This document shows positions 24,732-37,129 of a stretch of 64,000 bases of DNA, one piece after another. Location: NCBI GenBank assembly GCA_964016885.1, contig OZ024745.1:6200001-6264000 (forward strand), given 5' to 3'. Each line of letters opens with the position of its first letter. Within the stretch, counting starts at the first letter, position 1. A program made the position numbers and the translations under genes. Under the pieces are notes generated by a model. It saw only the letters and a list, made by a program, of their open reading frames with translations. It had not been told where the DNA came from and made no database searches. The stretch is from Eledone cirrhosa. Its lineage: Eukaryota.

Positions 24732-27241
24732 ATGCCCAACCTGAGATCCTTTCTCCACCAACTCCACAATCGCCTCAAACTTTTCCTCACCCAATGCTAT
24801 CTCCCCTCCGCCCTTCAACTCTCCTACCTTCTCTTCGCCAAAACCCGGCACTCCAGCCACATCCATTTCCTCAGCCACTGCCTCCGCCTCCACCTTATCC
24901 CCCTCGGCTTCCGTCTACACTTCCACCCCTCCCCCGCTGCGTCCCCCTCCACGCAACGTATCCTCACCCGATCCTCACGCCTTCTGATGCGCAACTCCAT
25001 CCGTGCCTCCCGTTCCACCCTCCGCCTACTAGACCACCAACTGACCCCCACCCTCCTCCGCCTTTACTCCACCTGCCACCCCCTCCTCGCCCAAGCCATC
25101 CTCTCCTTCATCCACAACCTCAACCACAACCTCTTCTCGTTCCTCAGCTCCACCAAAGCCCGCAAGCTACACTCCCCCCCCCCCATCCACCACCCGTCCA
25201 TCCCCATACGCCCACCACTCTCCACCTCCCCCCCGACCCACACCCCTACCCAATATCCACCCTCCACCTCACCCCTCACCACACCCTCCCTTCCCTCCCC
25301 AAAAACCCAAACCCCACCCCTTGTTGTCACCATACCCCCTGACCTCCCCCTCTCCGCACCTGAGCGCTCACTCCTTAGTAGAGGCCTTCGCTTCATACCC
25401 CACACTCCGCACAGCGACGAGTTCCGCATCCGAACGGAAGTCGAGCGATTCGTGCGACGCACTAAGCTACAGGCACATTTCAGCCGAACGCCACCGGCTC
25501 CGGACGCCCCAGACCCGTTTCTCGCCCCGGGCCGACGACCATCTTCTTGGACTCCGGCCCCAGGGCAATTTAGCACCCTGGACGCCTTCGTCGATGCCAG
25601 CCGTAGCGCAGTAAATCGTTTCGACTTCCGCCACCGTTCCAAACGGTACAATATCTCACGGGGCGAACTCCTCGCTCTCCGCTCCCTCCGTAGCCGAGAT
25701 GACATCGTCATCAAACCGGCGGACAAGGGAGGCGCCGTGGTGGTGTGGCGCGCGGACCTCTACACGGCCGAAGCCCTCAGGCAGCTCTGTAACCCCCTCT
25801 TTTACCGCCCTCTACCCTCCGATCCCACCCCCTCTACCAACAACAAGTCTCCTCCACCATCAAAGACCTTATCGCCTCCTCCCTCCTCCCCCCACCGCTT
25901 CCCACCTCATCGTCCGCACCCCCCGCACCCCCACCATCTACTTCCTCCCCAAACTCCACAAACCCGACAATCCCGGCCGCCCCATCGTCTCCGCTTGCAA
26001 CTGCCCCACCGAACTCATCTCCGCCTTTCTCGACTCCCTCCTCGCCCCCCTTGTCACCACCCTCCCCTCCCACATCTCCGACACCAACCACGCCCTGCGC
26101 CTTTTCGACTCCTTCACCTACCTACCCGGCCCACAGCCATTCCTCTTCACCCTAGACATCAAGTCCCTCTATGCAGTCATCCCCCACGCCGACGGCCTTC
26201 GCGCCCTCAAACACTACCTCGACCTTCGCCCCTCCCCCATTCCCTCCACCCCCACCCCCCTTCGCCTCGCCGAGCTGGTCCTCACCCTAAATTGTTTCTC
26301 CTTCTCGGGTGAGTTTTACCAACAGGTCACGGGGGTAGCCATGGGCACAGGAATGGGCCCGAACTATGCCAACCTTTTTGTTGGCCATGTTGAGGCCCAA
26401 ATCTTTGCCCAGTACACCGGCCCCACGCCCGAACTGTACGGTCGTTACATTGACGACTATATCGGAGCCACGACCCTCACCCGAGTACAGCTCGACTCCT
26501 TTCTCTCCTTCTTCTGCTCCTTCCACCCCTCCCTCCACTTCACCACCTCTATCTCCACCACCCACGTCCACTTCTTAGACATCTCCGTCGCCTTCGACCC
26601 CTCCCACCACTCCCTCGTCACCTCCGCCTTCTTCAAACCCACCGACTCCCACTCTTACCTCGACTTCACCTCTTCCCACCCCACCCACACTAAACTCTCA
26701 ATTCCCTACTCCCAACTTCTCAGGATCCGCCGCCTCTGTAGCCGTGATGCTGACTTCGAGTCCCAGGCCCTTTCCCTAGTCAGCCATTTCATCCGCAGAG
26801 GTTACCCCCTCTCTCGTCTACACCGCTCTCACCCGCGCCCGTGCTATCCCCCGCTCCACCACCCTCACCCCACGCCACCGCACACCCACCCACCGTCTCC
26901 CCTTCCCCATCACCTACCACTCCTCCACCTTACCCCTCCACCGCACCATCCGCCGCCTCTTCCGACGCCTCCAGTCCGACCCCTCCACCTCCCACATCTT
27001 CCCAACCCCACCACTCCCCTCCTTCAAACGCGCACGCAATCTCCGCACACTCCTCGTCCACAGCTCTCTACCCTCCAACCCATGCTCTGTTCCCCCCCCC
27101 GGTTCCTTCCCCTGTTCTAGGCCCCGCTGCAACACCTGTCCCCACATCACCAACACCACCACCTTCCAGGGTCCCAACGGCCACTTTCTCTCGGTCCGGC
27201 ATGCCTTCCGCTGCACCTCCTCCAACCTCCTTCAACCTAGT
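24732..27241 (+). pseudogene. C-rich Penelope-like (Neptune-like) RT ORF, frameshifted, truncated at the start of GIY-YIG
   Basis: LLSRGLRFIP, IVIKPADKGGAVVVW, YFLPKLHK..PGRPIVS, TLDIKSLY, QVTGVAMG, RYIDD, FLDI, SIPYSQLLRIRRLCS; linker CSRPRCNTCPH; ends at CTSSNL. Confidence 0.9.
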
Positions 27242-27298
27242 AATGGTCGCATTTTGAAAGGGTACGTCAATGCTTATTTGTAAAACTGATATATATTG

Positions 27299-27363
27299 TA
27301 TTTTGTCTGATGAAGGCATACCATAATTTAACTTGGTATCCTTGAAATATGTATAATGAAATA
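27299..27363 (+). ncRNA. Hammerhead ribozyme in a pLTR fragment (27242-27404) related to 4649-5090
   Basis: Stem I TATTTTGT/ATGAAATA; core CTGATGA 27307-27313; stem II AGG(C)ATACCA/TGGTATCCT; GAAA 27344-27347; TATGTA; AUA triplet. Confidence 0.8.
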
Positions 27364-27403
27364 AATATGGTTTTATAAATATACCTTCCATTTGTTAATA
27401 TCG

Positions 27404-27500
<97 letters not shown>

Positions 27501-27502
<2 letters not shown>

Positions 27503-29842
27503 TGTTGTACAGTCTCTTGCGTGAGATTTATGGACCGTCTTCTTCTCTGGTGACACCGCTTCGCAGCAAGGATGGCAAAGAACTTCTTCGTGACTCACAA
27601 GGAATCCTACGAAGGTGGCGAGAGCACTTTGATGATCTTTTGAATCAGCCGTCTGTCGTCAGTGAAGATTTCCTCAATCTCATTCCAGAAAGTCATGTGA
27701 AAGTAGCTCTCGCAGAACCTCCGACGCTTGTGGAGGTTGCAGTGGCTATCTCGAAGCTGAACAGTGGAAGGTCTCCAGGTATGGATGGCATACATGCTGA
27801 GCTCCTACAATATGGTGGTGAGAGACTCCTGCAACATCTTCACTCTTTGTTTGGCAGGATATGGGCTAATGAATCCGTACCTGAGCACTGCAGAGATGCA
27901 GTAATGATGGTCTTGTACAAGGGAAAGTGTAACAGGAATGATTGTGGGAACTACAGAGGTATATCATTGCTTTCTGTCGCAGGGAAAGTTTTATGTAGGG
28001 TGCTTCTGGACCGTCTGCTGACACACATTGCAGATTGTATTCTTCCTGAAAGTCAATCTGGTTTTCGTTCTGGACGCGGCACTACTGATATGATCTTCTC
28101 AGCTAGACAGCTCCAGGAGAAGTGGATGGAACAAGGTTTGGATCTGTATCAGGTTTTTGTCGATCTGACAAAAGCTTTCGATATTGTTAACAGAAATGCA
28201 TTATGGAAGGTTCTCCAGAAACTTGGTTGCCCTGATAAGTTCCTTGCTTTAGTTAAGTCTTTCCATGACGACATGAAGGCTTGGGTTAATGTCGGAGGTA
28301 ACATGTCGGAGCCTATCTCAGTAAAAAATGGAGTGAAACAAGGGGATATTCCAGCAGCGGCCCTGTTTGCCATATACTTTGCAATGGTTTTCTGTATTGC
28401 ATTCAGGAATTGCGAGCATGGTGCTTACATCCGATATCGAACCTCAGGCAGCATATTTAACATCAGGCGCTTAGCTACAAAGACAAAAGTATTTACATCA
28501 ATCATAAGAGACCTCTTGTATGCAGATGATTGCGATCTTGTAGCGCACACAGTGATATGCAGCACATTTTGAATGCATTTTCTGACGCTTGCACTGCCCT
28601 AGGATTGACTGTCAGTCTCAAGAAAACCGTCGTCATGTACCAACCTGCCCCTGGTAAGCAGTACAGAGAACCAAATATCTATGTGTATGGTAAATGACTT
28701 GGAGTGGATGATCAGTTTGTCTACCTGGGAAGTACTGTCAATCGATACAGCAACCTTGATAGTGAAATCTCACTTAGGATTAGGAAAGCAAGTGATGCCT
28801 TCGGAAAGCTAGAAAGGCGACACTGGGGTCGGCGAGACATATGCAAGAAGATGCAAGAAGGTAAAGGTGTACAAGGCATGTGTGCTCTCTTCTCTTCTTT
28901 ATGCTTGCGAGACCTGGGTCACATATCGACACCACCTTAACCAATTGGAGCGTTTTCATCAGATGTGTCTCAGACGGATCCATGGCGTTCACTGGAGGGA
29001 CCACATCAGTGATATCGAGATTTTGGAAAGCTCTATGTGTGACAGTATAGAAGCTCTTGTGCTTAAGCAACAACACCGTTGGAGTGGTCACCTTGCCAGA
29101 GTGAAGGATTCTAGAATACCAAAACAACTCTTTTATGGAAAGTTAGTTAAAGGAAAACGACCGCCACATAAACCAAAAAAGAGGTATAAGGATTCCTTGA
29201 AAGCCTCTTTGAAAGACGCTAACATCTCTGCTGATACATGGGAAAATATTGCTGCTGATCGTAATAAATAGAGAAAGACTGCATATGAGGGAAAAGTTGC
29301 CTTTGAGGCATCTCGAATCGCATACGAGAAAGTAAAGCGGGATGTGAGGAAGGGCATTGCTGTTGCACTTCCAGGCGGAGAGGGTCCTCCTATGGTGCTG
29401 ACATGCAGCGTCAGTGCGAGACTCTGTCTAAGCAAAGCTGGACTCGAAAGTCATCTTCGCAGTCATAAAGTAAGACCAGTGGTTGACTACCAGGCTGCTG
29501 TTGGAGATGCTACTCATCATGCTTGCCAAACATGTGGTAGAAAATGTAAATCAGCAGGGGGGCTCAAGCGACATGCAAAAGTACACGAACTCCAACCACA
29601 ACCGGCTATTCCCAGTGAATGTTTTGGTTGCCGACTCTGTGCAAGACATTTTAGATCATTGGCTGGGCTAAAAAGCAACATTCGATCGCAGCGCTGTTAG
29701 TTGCTATCGTGTGTGTGTGTATAGGTATGTTTGTGTGTGTGCGTGTGTGTGTATATATATGTATATGTATATTATTATTGTTGTGATTGTCGTTATTATT
29801 ATTGTTCTTCTTCTTATTATTATTGTTATTAATATATATGTA

Positions 29843-29873
<31 letters not shown>

Positions 29874-30012
29874 GTATATATACATCTCGGAAGTTGTTTT
29901 TCGCTAATTTCCAAAGCCGAAATACGATTCTCGCTAATTTATATTTATATATATATTTTTTTTTTTCTCGTGCAATGGCCATACTCGATAACGAGGGGGG
30001 CAGCCATCATCA
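27501..30012 (+). mobile_element. 5'-truncated RTE-clade LINE (RT + three C-terminal C2H2 zinc fingers), frameshifted
   Basis: RWREHF, SPGMDGIHAE, NYRGISLLS, LPESQSGFR, FVDLTKAFD, GVKQG, LYADD, YLGS, YACETW, RWSGH..RIPKQLFYG; fingers at 29400-29697; terminal hairpin and (CAT)n. Confidence 0.92.
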
Positions 30013-30185
30013 TATATATATATATATATATGTATGTATATATAAATGGATGTGTATGTGTATGTATGTATATGTATATATGTATGTATGTATGTGTGTA
30101 TGTTTCATGTATGTATGTATGTATGTATGTATGTATGTATGTATGTATGTATGTATGTATGTATGTATGTATATATATTATATTT

Positions 30186-30797
30186 ATGTCAGGTCACCAG
30201 TTGGTGCTACTGGTAACATGTATCCCAGTACAACCTGTCTCATGGTCGGGTCGTTGGCGACTAAACTGGCAACCCCACCAAGGTTTCTTGGTGAGGAGGG
30301 TGACTTTGGACATCCTGCAGGACTAAAAACAAAACCTGTCAAAGGGCAAGGGAGCTCTTAAGAGTCAATAGCCATCCAAAATCACTGGGAGAGATGACCC
30401 CTTAGCCTTTGTCAAGGCAGAATTCTAGGAGAAGGAAAACTCTGATATAACACCTGCAACCCTGATGGTATCCAATGATGTTGACTTGTTCTTCTTTTTG
30501 GTAAATATCATCTTGGTTAAGAGAGTGGGACTGGCTTTTTGCAGTGCCTTTGCTCACTATAAAAGCTTCACAGCACAGGCATTGCTTTATATCTGGAGAT
30601 CTCTCTGCACTTGTCATCACATGGTACCATGGGCCCTGCACTATGTGTCAATAATGGTCACAAGTGTAGTCTTTGTACCAGAGTTTTCAAGTCGCTGGCT
30701 GGACTAAAAAGTCACATTCGTTCAGCGCATCGGTAGGGGTTCTCCTACATGGATATAAAGTAGTGGCCGTACTCGAAAACGAGTTGGCAGCCACCAT
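30186..30797 (+). mobile_element. Bipartite non-autonomous RTE derivative (5' head fused to a zinc-finger-coding 3' end)
   Basis: Head similar to 17383-17578(-); joined at CACAGGCATTGC to a tail encoding HKCSLCTRVFKSLAGLKSHIRSAHR* and the RTE terminal hairpin. Confidence 0.75.
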
Positions 30798-30808
30798 GTA
30801 TATATATA

Positions 30809-31738
30809 CAGGCATTGCTTTATATCTGGAGATCTCTCTACACTTGTCGTCACATGGTACCATGGACCTAGCACTATGTGTCAATAATTGTCACAAGTGT
30901 AGTGTTTGTACCAGAGTTTTCAAGTCGCTGGCTGGACTAAAAAGTCACACTCGTTCAGCGCATCAGTATGGGTTCTCCTACATGGATATAAAGTAGTGGC
31001 CGTACTCAAAAGCGAGTTGGCAGCCATCATGTATATATATAAAGGGCGGAAGAACTCATAAGAGTTAACGGCCATCCAAAAGCGAGTAAATATGTATATA
31101 CACATGTACATATGTATGTATATGTATATATACATGGGTGCATGTGTATGTATATGCGCGGGGATATAGAAATAGTCGGGCTGGACACCCGATCGCGCGG
31201 TTAAACCACTGGGAGTAAAGGAACCCTAGCCTTTGTCAGGGCATTCTTTTAGAAGGCAACTCAGGAAACTGGGATAACTCCGATATAAAACCTTCGGCTC
31301 AGTAGTTACCGATGATGTTGATCTTTTCTTCTCTTCCGGGTTATAGCTACTGTCGCTCAGAGAGTGGGATTGGCTCAGTGCACAGTCTTTCCTCACTTTA
31401 AAAATATCTTCACGCACAGGCATTACACGATATAATTAATTAATAATTATTAATAATGGTATATCGTGCAATGGCCATACTCGATAACGAGAGGGCAGCC
31501 ATCATCTATATATGCATAGGCATTGCTTTATATCTGGAGATCTCTCTGCACTTGTCGTCACATGGTACCATAGGCCCAGCACTATGTGTCAGTAATTGTC
31601 ACAAGTGTAGTGTTTGTACCAGACTTTTCAAGTCGCTGGCTGGACTAAAAAGTCACACTCGTTCAGCGCATCGGTAGGGGTTCTCCTACATGGATATAAA
31701 GTAGTGGCCGTACTCAAAAACGAGTTGGCAGCCACCAT
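30809..31738 (+). mobile_element. Cluster of RTE-derived pieces: tail copies 30809-31030 and 31517-31738, and a truncated bipartite copy 31051-31505
   Basis: Near-identical ~220-bp tails; 31051-31505 is the reverse complement of 16800-17430. Confidence 0.8.
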
Positions 31739-31873
31739 TTGTTTATGTATGTATTTGAGTATGTATATATTTTGAAAACGAAATTACCCCACTTATCGGC
31801 TAGGATGTCCTTTAATTGCCCTTTTGGGCCTACATTGAGCCTCCTCTCTATTGTGAGATGGAGGTATGCTCTA

Positions 31874-32193
31874 TATGTAGGGCTGGACTTCCCCACAGGT
31901 AGGGCTGGACTGCCCCACATGTAGGGATGCACTGCCCCGTATGTAGGGCTGGACTGCCCCATATGTAGGGCTGGACTTCCCCATATGTAGGGCTGGACTA
32001 CCCCACATGTAGGGCTGGACTGCCCCATATGTACAGCTGGACTGCCCCATATGTAGGGCTGGACTGCCCCATATGTAGGGCTCGACTGCGCCACATGTAG
32101 GGCTGGACTTCCCCACATGTAGGGTGGACTGCCCCATATGTAGGGCTGGACTGCCTCACATGTAGGGCTGGACTGCCCCGTATGTAGGGCTGG
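31874..32193. repeat. 22-bp minisatellite ATGTAGGGCTGGACTGCCCCAT (~14 copies)
   Basis: Direct inspection; each unit has a GGGC/GCCC hairpin. Confidence 0.9.
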
Positions 32194-32283
32194 AATTTTA
32201 CTGCGGCCCTTAGCTGTATGTTAAGTAACTAGACATGATTGTTATTATATATGTTAATGATAAAGAATAAATAACACACACAC

Positions 32284-32330
<47 letters not shown>

Positions 32331-32333
<3 letters not shown>

Positions 32334-32524
32334 GAGGCACATAACCTAATGGTAAGGGTGTCGGACTTACGATCATAATGTTGTGGGTTCGATTCCTGGG
32401 CTGCGTGTTGTGTTCTTGAGCAACGCACTTCATTTCATGTTGCTCCAGTATACTCAGCTGAAAATGAGTACCAGCAATAGCTGGGGATTTAACCCTGCGA
32501 TGGACTGGCGTCCTTTCCAAGAGG
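32331..32524 (+). mobile_element. tRNA-derived SINE
   Basis: A-box-like TAACCTAATGG, B box GGTTCGATTCC, CORE-like body TGTTCTTGAGCAACGCACTT.., tail CCTGCGATGGACTGGCGTCC. Confidence 0.8.
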
Positions 32525-32539
32525 TAAAATCCTATCAAA

Positions 32540-33290
32540 TCTTAACTATGCAGACGATCTGGCCATCACGAGTTACTCTAGAACTGATCTACAAGACATT
32601 CTGAATGTACTGGCCAAACATTCGTTGGGGGCTGGTTTACACATCACCATCTCCAAAACGGAGTTTATGACAACTGATAAAAACAATGCCAATCTCCAAC
32701 TCACAATCTATAACCAGCAAATTGCTCAAGTTATGGAGTTTGTATATCTCTGTCACAAACTATCATCAAACAACAATGGAATGGTCGCTGCGCAGTATCG
32801 CATCTAGGCTGGGCAGCTTTTAACAAGAACAACGAAGTACTAACATCAAAACGAGTTTCCTACCATTTGAAGGCTAAGATCTTTGATACTTACATCCTAC
32901 CAGTTGTGTTATATAGTCTTGACTGTGTTAATTGGACGAGAATGTCATTTCAGAAGCTCTCTACATTCCAGAACCACATCATGAGACTTATGACTGTCAA
33001 GCGGCTCAGTGACCATCTCTGTATCAGTTAGCTGCTCAACATTACCAGACTTGGACCAATTACATCAATTGTCAAGTCAAGAGTACTCAAACTATACGGC
33101 CATATAAAAGATCAACTGGTGGTGTGACTAGGTTATGCCTGGAAGGTTGGCTGGTAAGAGAAGCAGAGGCCGGCAGCCAAAACGATAGCTTGTCAACCTA
33201 TAGACTGGACTTGACCTTTGTTCTTTAAACTCTGCTGTTGGTGATCGAACTTTGTGGAGAGAGATATCACATGTTAATGCGGAGTGTCTG
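32540..33290 (+). pseudogene. Decayed non-LTR RT C-terminal fragment (RTE-like)
   Basis: LNYADDLAI, GLHITISKTEFM, VMEFVYL, YILPVVLYSLDCVNW, KLYGHI; stops and frameshifts. Confidence 0.75.
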
Positions 33291-33316
33291 TAACTCTCTC
33301 TCTCTCTCTCTCTCTC

Positions 33317-33373
<57 letters not shown>

Positions 33374-33700
33374 TCTGTGCTATTTTCAACTTCATCTTTT
33401 CTCTATATCCACTGTTTTGTATAGAACCTCACTTCCATTTTCTAATATATATATATACTTTCTAGCACGCATGAACAGCTTGATTGTGACCTGACCTCAA
33501 CGCTGGCCTCTGTCTTTGACCGGGTGGTAGTAGTACACTATAAGCCTACGCCCCTTCACCAGATGGACATAAGTAGGCTTAATAATCACCTCTTAAAGGC
33601 GGCCGACCGGGGTAGAAGCTGGTAAATGTTCGGTCGCCCTCATGTCTCTGATTTTCAGCCCCATGGATTTTGTCTATTATATTCCTTTGTTATATTTCGA

Positions 33701-33758
33701 ATACCTGATGATGTCACCGGATTCATACTGAACCCGGTCATTGAAATGATCATAGCAT
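33701..33758 (+). ncRNA. Hammerhead ribozyme in a solo pLTR-like insert (33460-33898)
   Basis: Core CTGATGA 33705-33711; long stem II ACCGG-ATTCA/TGAA-CCCGGT; GAAA-TGATCA-TA (palindromic stem III); stem I has one mismatch. Confidence 0.7.
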
Positions 33759-33920
33759 AATAAACCTTTTAAGGAATTACACCAGTCCAGCCTCCTGTTA
33801 TTTTATAATAATTAACTCCGTACTCGCACCACCAACTACACATCGAGGTTGACCACACGGAATGACCAGTTCTATCCAGTGGTCAACCAACAAACCTATA
33901 TATATATATATATATATATA

Positions 33921-34117
33921 TAACGAAGGAAATGTGGTAAGGAACCAGGTGGACCATAACGCACCAAAGTACTCAATACTTGAGGTAGTAGAGTGGGTAA
34001 TAGGAACCAGTAAGACCCCGACAGCTGAGCTCAAGCCGTTTCGACGGCTAATTCGACGGCTAATTTCGACGGCTAAGTCGAAACGGCTTGAGCTCAGCTG
34101 TCGGGGTCTTACTGGTT

Positions 34118-34121
<4 letters not shown>
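33921..34121 (-). mobile_element. Fold-back mini-insertion of the 5171-10650 PLE family
   Basis: Reverse complement of the pLTR 3' end, then a stuttered CGACGGCTAA x3, then an inverted arm ending GGTTCCTA; flanked by (TA)n. Confidence 0.9.
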
Positions 34122-34165
<44 letters not shown>

Positions 34166-34169
<4 letters not shown>

Positions 34170-34830
34170 CCAGGTCTACCAAATAGAGAAAAAGTTTTAA
34201 AATACATTTAAAAAAATTCGCTGCACTTACTATATGTGCCTTTACCCCGGTTTCAAGTTCCAAAATAAACGGATAATCCAAGCGGAACTCTATTGAGAAG
34301 GGAACACTCTTCAGAAGGCTCTTCTCGCTCGGAGAATATAAAATTCCCGAGTTTAAATCACAAACTGACGCCATACAAATCTATTCCCAGATGAGAGTGA
34401 ATGACGAAAGAAAGAATTTTGTCTAGTGCCGTGTACAAAGACAGAAGGCAGGGTGGACAGGTCAATGTCCTGCCACTAGAAATAGCAGCAGTCCAAACGA
34501 CCAAGTGTTATCTCAACCTTAGGGGAGATTAATAATAATAAAGTATGTGTTCCTACGTGTAAAAAATACATATAGGGATACAAGTATTATCCAACCGTAT
34601 GCCAATGTGGTTTATTTTGGAACTTGAAACCGCGGTAAAGGCTCATATAGTAAGTACAGCGAATTTTTTAAAATGTATTTTAAAACTTTTTCTCTATTTG
34701 CTAGACCTGGATTTTATATGTTCTGGCTTGTTAATTTATTAACCTGCCATAGAACCACATTGGCATACGGTTGGATAATACTTGTTTCCCTATATGTATT
34801 TTTTACACGTAGGAACACATACTTTATTAT
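34166..34830. mobile_element. Fold-back pLTR-only element with interleaved inverted repeats
   Basis: 34166-34270 mirrors 34610-34715; 34535-34612 mirrors 34753-34830; (TA)n flanks. Confidence 0.7.
34238..34319 (-). ncRNA. Hammerhead ribozyme
   Basis: Minus strand: stem I GCCTT/AAGGC; core CTGAAGA; stem II GTTCC/GGAAC; GAAA-CCGGGG-TA (CCGCGG in the partial + copy near 34630). Confidence 0.75.
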
Positions 34831-34845
34831 ATATATATATATATA

Positions 34846-34996
34846 CTTCGTTTTTGAATTTGTTTTCCAAGATTTCTTATCTGAAAACGTGTGTTGAAAC
34901 AGATATTGTTATACTTTGGGAGGGTCATGCTGCTAATAAAAACACACGCACCTGTTGATTTTCACTTCAATTTATTATAAATTTACGGTTGGTTGG
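34846..34996 (-). mobile_element. Severely 5'-truncated 3' end of a relative of the 18990-24261 PLE
   Basis: Diverged reverse complement of 24085-24261. Confidence 0.8.
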
Positions 34997-35079
34997 TATA
35001 GAGTAGAGTGTAACTACATTAGAGAGAGTCGTGGCCGACAGTTGAACTCTTGCCGTTTCGAACATAGAGACAATATATA

Positions 35080-35260
35080 TAATTGTTTCTACTTTTGGCA
35101 CAATGCCAGCAATTATTCCAGTGCATTACTGGTACTTTATTTTATCGACCCCGTAAGGATGAAAGGCAAAGTTAACCTCGGCAGGATTTGAACTCAGATC
35201 AGAAAGGGGCGTAACTCTGTGCTGCAAAGCATGTGTCCGACCCTCTACCGATACTGCCAA
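35080..35260 (-). mobile_element. SINE (same family as 52852-53040)
   Basis: Reverse complement of GAGTTCAAATCC.GCCGAGGTTAACTTTGCCTTTCATCCT..GGGGTCGATAAAATAAAGTACCAGT. Confidence 0.8.
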
Positions 35261-35449
35261 ACCAATATATATAACCAATATAAACAGGTCACACATTTAC
35301 AAGAAATGCTTAAGTTTCATGATGTTGGTCTTTTACTTCAAACAGATGGCTGGCGTTGGCCTAACACGTCTCTAGCATCTCCAATAACCAACTGTAAGAC
35401 CACCTTCGTGAAATTCAAGTAGTTTATGAAAGTGTATGCCTAGTTAACC

Positions 35450-35573
<124 letters not shown>

Positions 35574-36332
35574 GGGGGGGTAGGGGGAATCACGTATATT
35601 TTCGAGACACGAATCAATATACATCTCCATGTAAATATCAATATATTTTATATAGAAAGTTTACAGCATGTAAAATGGGGCTATTATAAATGTATAAAGT
35701 TCGATAAATATGTAAAAGACGCCATATTATGTGTAGAAAATAGAGTAATGTCAATTGTAAGAATATTCTATAGTTTCTAACATAAGTTTAATTCGATTTA
35801 CCTGAGAGACTCATATAACAGATTAAAAGAAAGGAGAAAGAGAGAAAGATTTAAAAATAATGAGAATGATATTATTCTACTTGTTACGATATGTTTTCGA
35901 ATGTTGCGCTTTGAACAACTTTAACTATGAAACAAAATAAAACGTTATGCTTGACCAGAACAATGATGGTTGGAGAAAACTTGTTGGTGGCCTCTGATGC
36001 AGAGGGGGTCTCGAGGCAAAATTGATCCTGAACAGCTCTAATTGTTTGTAACTGTTTTACTTTTTTCATATTTTTATATTTTAATTTCTACAGATACAAT
36101 CTAGTTTCCTAGCCAGGAAGAATATTGGCCTAAGTAGAGCTGGCCTTCCCTCCTCCTCTCTCCACTATGCATTCATTCTTTCTCTCCATTCTCTCTCACT
36201 GCTCCCTATCTTTCTCCCTCCCACTGTTACCTTCTACCTCCTCCTCTCTCCCTTCTACAGGCCAGCTCTACTTACGCCAATATTCTTCCTTTCTCGTGAC
36301 GAGGTTGATCAAACACACACTATCTTTCTCCC

Positions 36333-36380
<48 letters not shown>

Positions 36381-36757
36381 ACCTGTCCCAACACAAACAA
36401 TATATGAACGAAGATATTTGTTTCTCCATTACGAGCCTCCTATTTCCCGCAGTAATCTCACTATTTCGTCGAAACTGCAGCAGGTTGAGATCTGAGGGGC
36501 ATATTTTAATATTTGTCACCTGTTCACTTCCATCCACCCTTTTTCCTCCTTTCTATCTTCTCTTCCTTCCTTCCAGTCAACTCACACCAAGCCCCTGATC
36601 TCTGTCCTTTCACCTAATACTTTACCCAACGCCGCTTCGACGGTATTTTATTGTTCTTACAGCTTCCATACACCGAGTTTTCCCATTTCTCTGAGAATCC
36701 TAATACACTCGCGTCTCAAAACTCTATTTTCGAGTTAATTTGTTTGTATATATATAT

Positions 36758-36813
<56 letters not shown>

Positions 36814-36936
36814 GGAGGTGAGTTTTATTGTCGTACAATAAAGCAATGCAGATATCGGATAAGAAGCACTCTACAGTTTGTAGGACTGGAGTATACATAA
36901 TATATAAAATCAAAAGATGGTTAAAAGTGTTCCATG

Positions 36937-37007
36937 TATTTTATTATGCGCATTTCAAAAACAAATATCATCATGCAATAACATTTGTGTTTTCATCAGA
37001 TAAAATA
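36937..37007 (-). ncRNA. Hammerhead ribozyme
   Basis: Reverse complement of 37130-37200. Confidence 0.82.
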
Positions 37008-37129
37008 GGAAGACATGATATGAAGGTTAAAAAACACTTGTGGATAGTGCAGTTTTAAATCAACATATCATATGTTGATTTAAAACTGCACTATCCACAA
37101 GTGTTTTTAACCTTCATATCATGTCTTCC

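Noticed and set aside
30576-31738. Host C2H2 zinc-finger gene
   Set aside because: Each finger is followed by a stop or the RTE terminal hairpin; these are retroelement tails.
31874-32193. Telomeric repeat
   Set aside because: Contains GTAGGG within a 22-bp unit, not tandem TTAGGG.
32331-32400. tRNA gene
   Set aside because: A/B-box-like motifs are present but there is no complete cloverleaf, and the sequence continues into a SINE body.
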